Source: Priapulus caudatus
Lineage: Eukaryota
DNA: 60,686 nt
Reading direction: 5' to 3'
Assembly: GCF_000485595.1 (NCBI RefSeq)
Contig: NW_014577076.1
Coordinates: 264,948 to 325,633, forward strand
Part shown: positions 34,017-46,889 of the stretch, one piece after another
How positions within the stretch are numbered: position 1 is the stretch's first letter
How the letters are laid out: each line of letters opens with the position of its first letter
Program-made: the position numbers and the translations under genes
Notes under the pieces: model-generated
Seen by the model: only the letters and a program-made list of their open reading frames with translations
Told to the model about the DNA's origin: nothing
Databases searched by the model: none

Positions 34017-37000
34017 GCGCGCGCGCGCATAGTACGTTAAGGAAGAATAGTTAATATAATAATACAGATCAGTGATTCATTCTCACCGCAAAGACCATTT
34101 GATTTATAATAAAATTTTAATTAGGCTTAATTTCGCCGCAATGATAACAAAAGAGCAATTTTCACTTCTATGATGACATTGCTTAATTCGCCGGGTTGAT
34201 ATTTTGCTACGGGTGTTTCAGGCAAATTTGCAAATTCGCATACTTCCGCGTCTTACGGCTCTCCCCCGGAGGGTGGGGGGTACTCCTATTGTTAAAGATA
34301 GTACTGGGGACGTGCTGCTGGCCAGGGTATAATTTTCTAACATCTTTCTTGGCACAGGGTTATCTAGATACACACCCATCAAGCTGATATTTGACCAATA
34401 TTGGCAAAATAATATTGGGCCAATATCACCAGGCCAATATTAGACCAATATAGACAGATATTGGTTCAATATAGGCAGATATTAGTTCAATATAGGCAGA
34501 TATTGGTCCAATATCGGCCCAATATTGGCGAAACAATATTGAGCCAATATCACAAGGCCGATATTGGACCAATATCTGCCTATATTGACAGGACAGGACA
34601 TAACCGAAATGTGCAATATTGCAACAGGGTATACTTTTTAGTGCAGTATATTGGGACAGGGTATACTTTTTAGTGCAGTATATTGGGACAGGGTGTATTT
34701 TAGGGCGCAAAGCGGTTTGCACCAGGGTCAGGTTTTCAAGGTCCCCGAGGCACCCCCCCCCCTACCCAGTTTCGAAGCGAGTGCTCCCCCCGGGGGGAGG
34801 GGGGCTCTCCTGTCCACCGAATTTGTCAAGCCTTTATTTTTTGCTTGTCGTAAGATAGCGCCATCTCGTATATATTGACGATATTGCTAATTAATTCACA
34901 CGCCTTGCTTAAATACAAGTCTGTCGTTTACTTGTTTGGCTTAGAGTCAAATTTGTACAGAAAATTTATAGCTATATACATCCTCTTCTACCGTCATTGA
35001 ACAGAGTCGCTTCAGGGAATACTTCTATGCAATTTGTCAGTGTTACCCCAAAGCGGGCCTCAGGGCGAACACTGAGGGTGATCACTGCTAAGTATTTTCG
35101 CGCCCTTGATGTTGGTTTTACGTTCACTATTACTGGGCACTTTTAACCGATTATTATATTAGTTATATATTAGCCGATAAATGTGCACGGAATTAATATC
35201 GGCTCTTCCATTAGTTACCTTAAGCGATTGCGTGTCTGATTTTAATGCGTCTTGTTTGATATAGCTATTCTCAGTACTATGTGTACCCGTTATTACTATG
35301 CTTGCCTCTCCATATTACGCGTGCCACTTATCCCGCCTCATTCCTACTTACCTCGAAAAAGTCTGGGATTGTTTTCTCGGTTGTAATGAGCACTACGACG
35401 CCCGCCTTCGGTTTATAATCCACGAGACGTGGCACGATATTCGCGAATGCTTCTTCAGAATTGTGGGGAGGAAAAACCTCGTCGACAGCGATGCAGAAGT
35501 TGTTGTACTGGAGGTCCTTCTTAAGTGGCTCCATGCCTTTTTAGTAGATTATATACCAAACGAAGTAAAACGGCGCATGTATATATTGCGTAGGTGTATG
35601 TTTATGAAATATTTATCATCTATATGACAAGCCGCTGACAGTTATGTGAATATCTTCATAGAGATTCTGTTTAAAAAAACTCTATGCTCAGTCTGAAGTT
35701 TTTATACCTATTGCCGCGTATAGTGATCTAGTTGAATATGGATACCGATGTGTAACCTGGAATCAAAAGCCCATAATAGTATAGTAGGCCTATTATTGTT
35801 TCTTAATATAATGGTATAAAGGTTTAAGCGGCTAATAAGTAGCGAATGGCTAACTCACTCATTCTTCCGTACGACGTATCAATGGCAAGGGTTGATATTA
35901 GAGTCCAGTTAAATGACTTTATCAGGTCACCCATTGCCTGCGTCTGTTGTGTGTCTGATGGAGTGGTTCTGGAAACCAGGTAGTTGCATCGTTAAGTTGA
36001 ACTTTTTCCTTAAGATTTTCCGGCCTAATCCAAACCTCAACCAAACTCTAACCTCAGCCATATCCCATCTGTCACGCACCATTATTTATCTATCAGATGC
36101 TCCGAAAAAAAAACAGGTTTTAACTAACACCGTATGGGATTAACTTTGCTTATAGTACCTATTATAACTATAATACCTAAACTTATAACATAGAACGGAT
36201 TTCTGTTAGATAGAATCGCAATATGCTAAAATAAAAAAGTAGAAGCCACAACTTGGCAACGGTGCACACAACCTTTCCTCACACTGCGTCTGCTCACCTA
36301 AGAAATGATCTGAACTTCCATTTGTCGCTGAGCACAGAGCTAGTAGCAGAGTAGCTGATTTGCGGGATGGAATAAACCCCAAGTACGTTAGCGACTGCCA
36401 TCGACACTTGCGAGTCTCCTGCTCCAACCACGCCGAGGAAGTTACTCGCTAGCTCAGATCCGCCATTTTGGCAGCAGGTGTAGCCTGACAGGTGGACGTC
36501 ACCGACCGGGTCGTTACACGGTGAGTAGACCCCTGATTTAACGAATTTAAAACAAACTTCATTATTTCAGTAATTTAAATTTTATTCTGAGGTAGATACG
36601 TGCACATGATGTCCGTCCACTGCTTTTATAAACAATTGCTATACTGTATGCGGAATTTATCTTGCGCAGGCAACGAGCTACGCACTCGTTTTGGTTTCCA
36701 GATAACGTGTAATGTAAATGCAAATATTAAGTCATCGATGCACTGTCACTAAGCACACAACGTAGGCGCTACGGAACTTGAATTTGTTCAGCAATGGTTT
36801 ATTTCGTTCGATAAATTTTACAAAACATCACCCCGTAAAAATCAGCTAAGCCATTGGAAATTATATAGTCATATACTACATGCACTGATAAGAATTAAGC
36901 AAATAAAATAGCATATACGTTACTAAATAACACTGCATGCCAATCGTATATATCATGGTGTAACGACGTACAAAATAAACATGTTCTTTTCCTAAGTATA

Positions 37001-37566
37001 TTTTACCTTTTTTTATTAACGTTATTACCGGTGAAGTATATGAATTACCCTGCATACAGTTGCAAACCAGTTCGAAAAAGGCGACCACTTTACTTATAAC
37101 ATTGCGAAAACACGGGCGATAAAGCAGCTAGGCTTGCTAATATTTTATGAGCAGGCTCACCTGATGTCGTATCGTTCTGAGGCGATATATCGCTCTTGCC
37201 GCTCTTCACAATATTCGTGAAGTAAATGCCAGCAGCAGTTCCTCTATCCATGTTCGCACAGTCATCTAATAGCCTGTAACCGAGTGTGACGCCGGGCAGG
37301 ATAGTAGAATTTGCGTTGATGTGCTCGATGGCGTATATCATCGCCTGCATCCGAGCAAGACCTTTCTCGTCCAGGTTAAGACATTCGTTCTTATGTACGA
37401 TGTTGTGAACGGGAAAGACTCCGCCAATGATGTAGTCGCCATCTTGAAAGGCTATCGTATCACTGATGTCGAACGGGCTTACCATCCGAGTGTATCCCCC
37501 GTGGGCCGACAGTAGGAGTAATAAAACGGCGGAAAGACAACGACCGATCGCCGGACATCGAAACAT
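25406..37566 (-). CDS. Class C GPCR (mGluR/CaSR/GPRC6A-like; Venus flytrap + cysteine-rich domain + 7TM + long C-tail), 11 exons
   Basis: Exons 37566-37161, 36484-36298, 35968-35859, 35536-35352, 33372-33227, 30262-30148, 29935-29198, 28880-28704, 28411-28265, 27752-26941 and 26287-25406. Motifs: GDYIIGGVFPVH, LPGVTLGYRLLDDC, GVVGAGDSQVS, IPQISYSATSSVLSDK, WIASETW, NPWFPEYW, VKFDANGD, CSRECQPG..KKCCWDC, TPVVKSSNRELS, KARKLPENFNETK. One junction (33227/30262) is 1 nt out of phase. Confidence 0.93.
27860..28078. repeat. (GT)n/(GC)n microsatellite with a 20-N gap; similar tracts at 1-75, 33895-34028, 54833-54970 (25-N gap) and 55980-56030; (TTTAATA)n at 55200-55310
   Basis: Directly visible. 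Confidence 0.95.
30589..32435 (-). mobile_element. Helitron-like element in GPCR intron 5 (3' end at 30589; other boundary uncertain)
   Basis: The minus strand ends CCCGTC-TAGAG-GACGGG hairpin + TAATAG-CTAG|T. Two related internal units starting TTACACCTCC..TTG.CAAATATTTGC (~30979, ~31760) are each followed by degenerate CA repeats. Confidence 0.45.
34263..34797. mobile_element. MITE with CCCCCGG/CCGGGGG ends and internal 21-bp and 30-bp tandem repeats
   Basis: CCCCCGGAGGG..GGGTACTC / GAGTGCTCCCCCCGGGGG; ATATTGGTTCAATATAGGCAG-like units at ~34385-34590; 30-bp units at ~34625-34700. Confidence 0.55.
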
Positions 37567-37867
37567 ATTTGGAATGAATATTTGCCACATATCCGTGGAT
37601 TTGAAAATTACCTGCATCTTTATAAACATTCCGTGCGCTGTGAGTCTGCGATAAATGAAGGCACGAAGCGTTCGGCTGGCGCAGGGTTTCACGCAGGAAA
37701 ATGTCAGCGCTCGCTTAAGTAATAATGCACCATTAAACTATTCATTATCACGATGTGGGAGCAACGATTTCGTTGCGGGGTTCGCGCGAAGGTTGCACGC
37801 TTTCTATAACTATGCGGTTGGCTATCTGCACGTACGAATTACTAAATCTATGCATGTGAGACATATG

Positions 37868-38059
37868 CTAATACTGCTGCTCGTCTGACAGTTCGCTCGG
37901 GTTCTTTATCATTTCAGACGGTAGCAGAAAGAGTACTATCCGAGCGATAACCCAGCCGAAGAAGGCGGGCGCCGTGAACAGGATGATGTAGCGCCACCAC
38001 TCGAACGTGCCCATGCCTACCGACTCAGACCGGTGCGACGTCCTCCTAGGTCTCACCAT
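37868..38059 (-). CDS. Putative 63-aa single-pass membrane microprotein (smORF or uORF) just upstream of the class C GPCR
   Basis: ATG in strong context (acgATGG), many G/C-ending codons, basic N-terminus, hydrophobic core WWRYIILFTAPAFFGWVIARIVLFLLP and an acidic tail. I recognise no homologue. Confidence 0.4.
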   Translation of the reverse strand: MVRPRRTSHRSESVGMGTFEWWRYIILFTAPAFFGWVIARIVLFLLPSEMIKNPSELSDEQQY

Positions 38060-40160
38060 CGTCTGCTGCTGACGCTGCCGCCGCCGCCGCCGCTGCTACT
38101 GGCGGTGATGGTACTGCTGCTGTTGCTGCCGCCGCCGCTGCTGCTATTGGCGGTGATGGTACTGCTGCTGTTGCTGCTGCGACTACTCGCAGACTAATTC
38201 AATATTTGAACAGTGAGGCTGCGCGGCGGAATATTCAAGCGCCCTGGTGACGGCTTTCGGTGGTAACCTGGATACGGAGAAGCTGCTGTCGAATCCTTGT
38301 GGCCTGCTGTATACGGTTAAGCAAGTGTGAAATTGATGACAATAAAATCAAATTGAGCGTAGGGATTACGTATAAATTATACAGAATTTTCATTTTAAAA
38401 ATTGCTGGCGGAATGTATATATATTGGTGGATGGATGGACGAATAGACGAACGGACGGGCGAAAGGACGGACGGACGGACACACGGCTGGGCAGTTTGAT
38501 AGACTACATGCTGCGTTTTTTAGCTAGCCCGTTCTGGCATGAAGAATTTTAAGGAAAGAACCGTTTCTACATCGATGCAGCGATCTGCATTGAATTCAAC
38601 TTCTATATCCAGTCTCTGCTTATGTTACGCAATTAACTTAATGCAATTATAAATGCAAAGGTGCGCGCAGAGGTGAATAAATACGCACCGGTACGCTTCT
38701 ATATAACATTGTGCAACAACACTGTTTATAAGACCGAATTATACGAAGACACGAATTATACGATTGACACGTTATAATATCTTATCCGAGGCGATGAGTA
38801 ATAAGTCGCACTCGTATGTATAACGAATATCTCTTCATTCGTAATTACCTGTAACTTGTCAATGTACACTCCTCTGTGACCAAATTGCCAACGCTTCTTA
38901 TAATACAACTGGTGCTAACCGGTGTACGTGAAAACTGCGAGTTCTCATTTAGTTAAAGTACGTGCCGTAGACTGCGTTTTAGTGCATGCATGCACATTAC
39001 AGGTATAGGCCTATACTCAATCCGCATATCGGTGTGCACGGCCTCGCGCATCTGCCAGGTGTTATAGCAGCAGTTGAGCAAACATTGCTGTGGCAGGACT
39101 TTGAACACGTTCTAGAGGTACACTAGGCTACGTGATAACACCCCAATCTGATGATGGGGGAAGAATTGTCCATTTAGGAACCGAAAATTTAAAATGGCTT
39201 CTGCGTAGAAATATGCGTGCTTATTTAAAGATGCGATTCGACTATTGTGACGCATTGGTCAAAGAACTAAAACACGTGCTAATTGATAACGTGTATGGGT
39301 AAGACAGCTTTACCCACCGTTTCTAAAGAAAACGGACAATTAAGTCGTTTGGCCACCACTACGTATCACATGCGCTATATCACGTATACGGTAAAGACGG
39401 GTAGGGATATAAATTGTTTACTGTAAAACTAATAACTAACACGTGCTCTCTACGTTAATTGTATTTCAATAAAATTACTTTTTTAAAAGAACTCTTTTTA
39501 AATGTTCTATAGGTATGTACGGGCACAGATTTAACCACAGTCTATAGTATAAAGGACTAATTCGGAAAGACTCGGTACCTTATAACGAATAAAATAGGAC
39601 GCTGAGACGGAGTTTTTAATATTACAATACTACTGAGTATGCACTTACTAGTTTAAATGTCTTTAAATCGGTTGAGATATAGTGGACATACACAGACGCA
39701 ATACTAAAGTGAGATAATAAAGTAGACGTGGATTTTATGTCGAAGTTCTCGTGAATATCTGCTCTCTGCATTAAATGTATAATTGCAACGAAGTGATATT
39801 TTTGGCAGATAGGCCTATCAGACATGCGCTAACACAATCTAGCCATTTCTATACTACAGAGAAATACGCAATGCATGGGCGGCTGAGAAAAGCTAAACCA
39901 GTTTATAAGAGATCCATATTTTCCCCACTTTCCTCACTATTCTTGTAGCCTACGAACTACCATGACTGACTAAAACAAATATCAAATTATATTTGACATA
40001 TTATCTATGGACGAAGGGCTTGCACGACTGGGTCATCTCTTTATGATACAGCGAACATCTCGCGGTCACGGTCGACTGAAGCTGACGATGTATTATAATT
40101 ACCTTGCCAATGCTGCCTGACGCCTGCGCTCACGATGTGTTGCGTAGTAATTGGCTGAAG

Positions 40161-40352
40161 GGGTCGTTGTCGTATAGGGTACTACATATATGTACCCGAG
40201 GTACATATATGTATACATAAATGTAATATAATGCTAGTCTAGGGAGTCGCCTACGCCTACTCCCTAACCCTAACCATAACCCTAACCCTAACCCTAACCA
40301 TATCAGATAGTTACCTCGGGTACATATATGTAGTACCCTATACGGCAACGAC
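40161..40352. mobile_element. Inverted-repeat element enclosing (CCCTAA)n, upstream of the TLR start
   Basis: GGTCGTTGTCGTATAGGGTACTACATATATGTACCCGAGGTA is mirrored at ~40311-40352; CCCTAA run at 40262-40298. Confidence 0.75.
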
Positions 40353-40704
40353 CTTTCGTGCCGTAGTAAGGTAACGTGCTCGACTGGGCGTTGGTGTATA
40401 GCGTGTTTACGGCTGTTTAGTTAGGTTTTGGTGGTAATGGCCTCCCATAGTTTACACCTGTTCTGACCTGGATCCACATACAGGCTTGTACAGTTTGTCA
40501 TGGCGAGGGGATGGTATACGAGCATGACGCATTATTGTGCCGAGTAGCATAAATTATGTTGTGTAAACGTGTTCACCCGCGTTTTGTGATGATCTCTGAA
40601 ATCAGGCTGGAAGCACGTTGCCATACTGTGTGATTTGTTTTGCGAAACTTACGTACTCGGAAGATCTCGCATATCTCCAAACATGGTGACGAAACGGATT
40701 TAAT

Positions 40705-43700
40705 ATGAGTTACAATAGCAGTCTTTCGGCACTGGGCGTCTCGCTCATATTTCTGACTCTACAATGTATTATCGTCAAACGGTGTTCCCATGCTCTACGG
40801 TGTCCAGAGTCTTGCAAGTGCTACAACAACTATTCACTAATCAACTGCAGCAACACCGGTAACTTAATTAGTGATACGAATTGTGCACGTAGGAGTACTT
40901 TCACTTTCTATTCATAGCATAAATCCTAATCTGCATATATATTACTGTAGTTACTGTTCCCCATCAAGTGTTAACGAGTTTACAATAGTCAGGGATGGTA
41001 GGGCTAAAAAATGGCCGTTTGGTTCACATTCTTCCAAAAGCACCAAATTTGGCCCAGATGTTGCCCATACCATACTTTTTCGATTTCTGGCAGGCGCCGG
41101 AATGGGCGCCCCCCCCCCCGGGGCCGCCATATTGGCAAATTCCAATGTTAGTCAAGGGGCAGATTTCAAAAAGAGCTAAAATAAGGATGAGCCTAAACTT
41201 TTTGGGTAGAGGCTGAAAACGGGTAAATATCATTTCTATGATACTTGGGGAGTTTCACTGGGTATGTTTCCAGGCTGACTTTTGCGTATTGTGGCGGCCA
41301 TCTTGAAATCCAAAATGACCGCCAGCGAAAATGGATTTTCTGAAATATCTGGACTCCCAGACGTCGTAGAGACATAATGTTGGTGGCTATACCCACATTT
41401 TCGATAGTGGAGAACCCAATTATCACACTTAGAGAAACATAGGATGGCGGCCATATTGGATTTCAATATTGCCGCCAGTGAAATGTGTTTATTTTGAATA
41501 ACTAGACTCCAAGACGTCGTAGAGACATAATTTTGATGTCTAAACCCACATTTTCGATAATGGAGAACAGAATTATGACACTTAGAAAAGCATAGGATGG
41601 CCGCCATCTTGGATTTCAACATGGTGGTATATGTTACTCCATTACTATACAACAGTCTAAGCCAACATAAAAACATATATAAGCATACCAGAATTGTCAG
41701 AATATGTAGTTTTAAAACAGTCACACCCAAAGAACATTGTTGTATGAGTTCATGCAGGCCATGTTGCATTTGCACGCACCGGTGCAGCACATATTGTTTT
41801 TGGTACATGTACAGCTACGTGTACGGCAACAAGGTCCGTCCTTACTACAGCCACATGTCTTTATTGCAATAGTATTGGCACGAAATGGATTCAGTGTCAT
41901 GAGCCGTGGTTTCAGAATGCCATCCTGCATATACCAACCGCAGTCAAATTCCGAAGGAATGCTCTGAGTACTACCTACACACTGGTTCCAAATGAGGCTC
42001 TGATAGTGGGCTCGATGACAATGTAGTATCAGTGCGTCGTTCGTTGGTGGCAAATAGTCAATATTCGTCTTGCATTGGAAGAACTTTGACAAGCGAATCT
42101 CCTGTATGACTACCAATGTTGTCGTTGGATCATACAGTTTACATATAAATGCTTCCACTGATGATAGCAATTAATCTAGGTGATAGTGGTAGATTCTGTT
42201 CCAATCCATGAATGCGATTTGGATCTTCAATGAATACTTTCCATTCAGCGTTTTTAGAAATTCCTGCAAACTGACTCGTCGTGTCACTTCCCGTTAGCGC
42301 ATGAAAAGCTAACAATCTCTTTCGAGTGTTGTTGTTTATTGCATTGTCATGAACTCTTATCATCCAAGAAAATTTTGAAGTTCCTGCCTTCATCCAAACC
42401 TTCTGCGACATCTTTGCCGAAAACACTGTTAGCATCATTAACACATCGGTATCCCTGCAAACTACAATCGTTCGCTTATATCCGTGGTCTGCAGCATCGC
42501 ACGCATGAAGAACAATTCGCGTGTCAGCCTCCTCGTGGTTTGCTCAAAGTGTTGACACATCACGTTCCGAGGTACATATCGTTTTCGTTATTTCCGTAAA
42601 CCCTCCACACACAATTATCTTTTTTCCGCCAAGTTCACTAGAGATGATCAATTCCTCTGACAAGAAACGAGCAAGATCGGCTTTGTTTTCAGCGAGAGTG
42701 ATAAATGTCTTCCAGTTCTGAGGGAGTTTTGTGTGTTTACCTGTAATCAACCGCCTAATTTGTTTTGTCCCTGATCGTCGTCTTTCTCGTTCTCGTCTTT
42801 TTCGTGTAGTATTCTCCTCGTATCGATCAAATATAATATCTATCCTGTCTGAATTTCTACCGTGTGACTTCACACAGTTCACAAACACATCTGCTATAAG
42901 TCACCAAACGTAACTGCTGTTGTCGGTTTTCCAATGGATTGTACCACTGCCATACCATCAATAATGGTACATGTTTTAACGATACTATGTCACTGATAGG
43001 AAAAAATCTGGCTGAAATGCATCTTTCGACAGAAATATTTATTAGTCGCGATTTGTCTGCTTTTCCGGAGAGAGAGAGAAGAGAAGAGCAGAGAGAGAAG
43101 AGAGAGAGAACCAGAGAGGGGAAGGTGTGTATGTGTCAGAGAGAGAGAGAGGAGAGAGAGAGAGATAGAGAGGAGAGAAGAAGAGAGAGAGAGAGGTGTG
43201 CGCGTGTGTTGTGTGTGTGTCGAGAGAAGAGAGAGAAGAGAGAGAGAGGTGTGCGTGTTTGTGTGTGTGTGTGAGCAGAGAGAGAAGAAGAGAGAGAAGA
43301 GAAAGTAGAGAGAGAAGAGAAGAGAGCGAGACGCAGAGAGAGAGAGAGTGTCATGTGTGGTGTGTGTGTGTGTGAGAGAGAGAGAAGAGGAGAGAGAGAG
43401 AGAGAGAGAGAGAGGTGTGCGTGTTTCGTGTTGTGTCGGACAAGAGAGAGAGAGAAATCACGAGAGGGAGTGTGTATGGTGTCAGAGAGAGAGGTGTGTG
43501 TGTGGTGTGTGTGTGTTTTGTGTGTGTTGAGAAGAGAGAGGTGTGCGTGTTTATGTTGTGTGTGTGACACAGAGAGAGAGAACCAGAGGGATGCAGGCAT
43601 GCTCAGCCGAAAAGCCGTTGGAGCGGCAACGTGCATACTGAACGTTGGCCAACGTTGTCCAATATGGACGTTGGGCCAAACCTTGGCACGCTAGAGCAAA

Positions 43701-46700
43701 AAAAGCCGTTGGGCCAAACGTTGCTGTCTGACGTTGGGCCACGTTGTCAAGATGAACGCTTGAGCCAACGTTGGCACTACCTTGCAGTACGCCTGAAGCA
43801 AAAAAGCCGTTGGGCGCCAAACGTTGTCAATATGACGTTGACCACGTTCAGCACGCTGACAGCAAAAAAAGACGTCTGGATCAAACGTTGGCAAATATGA
43901 CGTTGGGCCAACGTTGGGCCAATGTCGTGCACCGTTGGGACCAATGTTGGCTCGCCAACGTTGGCCGCCAACGTTGGCACGGGCTGAGTATAAGAAACGT
44001 TGGATCAACGTTGGCGTCTGACGTTGGGCGCAAGCGTTTGTTTTCATATGATCGTTGCCAACGTTGGCTGACTGCCGTTGGCCAAACGTTGGGCCAACGT
44101 CCGGCCCACCGTTGGGCCCCAACTAATAGGCACGCTGAGCAAAAAGACGTTATCAACGTGCCTTAGTCTGACGTGAAGGCGAACGTTGGCAATATGACGT
44201 TGAGGCCAACGTTGGGCCCAACGTTGGCCCAACGTTAGCATCGAAGCTGAAGGACAGCTCGTTTGGCCCAACGTCCAGCATGTTATCTGGCGATTAAGCC
44301 GTAAATGTTCGCCGCTAAAGTCGCTGTTTGCTAACAAGGTACACACTGCAGGAGGAGAACCTATGGCGTCAATGAAAATGTGGTAAGACAACCCGACAAA
44401 ATTATGCCTCTACGATATTAGTGAAATTTTAGTTATTCAAGAACAAAATAAACCAAGTTTTCATTAGGGGCGGCCATCTTGAAATCCAAGAATGGCCGCC
44501 CATCCTATGGTTTTCTAAAAGTGTTATAACTTTGGGTTCTCCCATATCATCGAAAAATGTGGGTTTAGACACAAAATTAGAATCCTACGACGTCCTTGGA
44601 GTCTAGTTATTACAAAAAAACAAATGTTGCACTGGCGCGCGATATGTTGAAATCCAATAGTGGCCGCCCTTCCTATGTTTTCTCTAAGTGTGATAATTTG
44701 GGTTCTCCACTATCAAAAATGTGGGTATAAGCCACCAACATTATGTCTCTACCACGTGTGGGAGTATCCAGATATTTCAGAAAATATCCAATTTTCGCTG
44801 GCGCCGTCATTTTGGATTTCAAGATGGCCGCCAACAATACGCAAAAGTTCAGGCGCTGGAAACATAGCCCAGTGGCAATCTCCCCAGGTATCAATAGAAC
44901 AATGCATATTTACGCCGTTTCAGCCTCTACCCAAAAAGTTTTAGGCCTCACATCCTTATTTTAGTTTGAAATATTGCCCACTGACTATAATCAATGTTTT
45001 TCGCATATAATAGAACAATATATCACACTCCGTTTTTTTTGAGCTAAATGATGAGCCATAGTTCACAAGAATGCGCTTAGATCTCTCCTCGAACGATCTA
45101 TAAAGACTCATCTATTGTGGTAACGCATAGAAAAACCGATTAAGGGAAAAGCCAGATTAGAATGTTTGAGTTAACTTTTGGCTTCAATGCCATTTAGTTA
45201 CCATATTATAATTAAATCACAGGTGGAGTAGATGCTAATAATGGAATTCTGTGCTGTTCTGTTTCTACAATTACAAACATTAACCAAACAAAAACAATTA
45301 TTGTATAATATTTGTTATCTGATTGTAAACACTACCGAATTGTAAATTTTAGCAGAGAAAATCAACATGGCCGGCCCGGTCCCGCTGCGAGGTGCCTGTC
45401 ACCGTAGCATAACTGTTTGCTTGGCCACTTGATGACCGCCCAGCCCGTACTGATCAAGCACATGTAATGGTCACCAAGGGCCAGTGAATATCAAATCTTT
45501 TTAAATTCAACAGGTAGTAAAATACCAATAAATGTGATGAACAGCATCGTATTCCTCCCTTGTAGGTGTAAATGGCATTTCCTATATGATAATAATAACA
45601 ATTACTAACTGTTGCGTTGAGAATCAAGGTATCTGAGACTGGAGCGTTGATGTTTCTCAGTCCCCTCCCCGTCCAATATCTATGTCCCATCGGCCAATTA
45701 AGGCGAATGTGACAAATAAGAAGCTACGATCTAGAACATAATAGGATTCTCATGTAAATTTTTCCAAAATGAAAAATACTCAGCCATGCAGGGACACTGG
45801 CTAGCTCTTACACACATGTGAAATCGCTCGGATTAAATTGCAAACCGAAAAATCATTCGAGGATCTTGCTTAATAATCCCTTTGAAAAGATGATATTAGA
45901 CTTACTATATAGTATCAACCGACACAAGGCTGTAGGGCCTCGCTTATATTTAAAGCGAAGTTCAATATTTACTTAGTTGGGATACCAATCAAGTCAAATT
46001 GTAATCTTTTTGTATACGTGATAACTAAATTGCACCTGTAACGTTAAAGGGCCGGACACCAACCAGGGCCGATTGCATCGGGCGATGGCATGCGCGCAGT
46101 CATGGACACACCAGGCCGATTGCACGGGCGAAGTGCATCGCCCAGATTACTTGCACAGCGGCGAGTGGCGCTTGGCTGATGAAGCTCTGATTGGCTGATG
46201 AATTGTAAGATCGGGATGTTATCGCCGGTCGGCGGACACACCGAGGCGATTTGCATCGGGGATAATATCAAAACGTTATTGATCTGTGCGATGGCATCGG
46301 GCGATGAAAATCGGCCGGCGATCTGAGTGGACACACCAGGCGATTTTCAACGAATGGCCGATGCCATCGCGCGAATGCCTAATCGCCTGTGTGTCCCGCC
46401 CTTAACACACTGATATTGAGTGTTCAAAACACTAAAGCGGATCAACGCAAATTCCTCGTTAAAGCGATCCACGTAACACAACACAGTAAAATGGTGTGGT
46501 ATTACCTTTTTTGTCAAACAGCATATACATTCGTTGACTGTGAAAAAATTCATCTTTTCAAGTTATTTAAAAAAAGCATCACTACTGATATAGGAGGAAT
46601 TGCTCTTGTTATAGGAATTCCAGACCCAATAAAATGTTGCGCTATCATTGTAAATCATGACAACCAATCCTGCGATTAATGTAAGTAGCTGGGTTTTGGG

Positions 46701-46858
46701 CAGTACTGCTTACTCTACCANNNNNNNNNNNNNNNNNNNNNNNNNTATGAGTCTGAGAGAGAGGAGTGCGCCGCGCGTCATGTGTTGTGTGTGTGCCTGT
46801 TGTGTGAGACGAGAGATAGATGAGAACGAGGAGAGGAGGAGTTGTGCGTGCTTTGTGT

Positions 46859-46889
<31 letters not shown>

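Noticed and set aside
37567..37692. N-terminal extension of the GPCR in the ORF track (37692 start)
   Set aside because: It begins at a non-ATG codon. The signal peptide follows the ATG at 37566, although the in-frame ATGs just upstream cannot be fully excluded.
41193..41808. ORFs with repeated KMAAIL motifs
   Set aside because: They translate the AAGATGGCCGCC subterminal repeats of the Academ TIR and are not protein.
43610..44290. CRISPR-like appearance of the palindromic repeat array (also 60349-60564 and 34385-34590)
   Set aside because: The linkers are short and themselves repetitive rather than unique spacers, there are no cas genes, and the context is eukaryotic TE interior.
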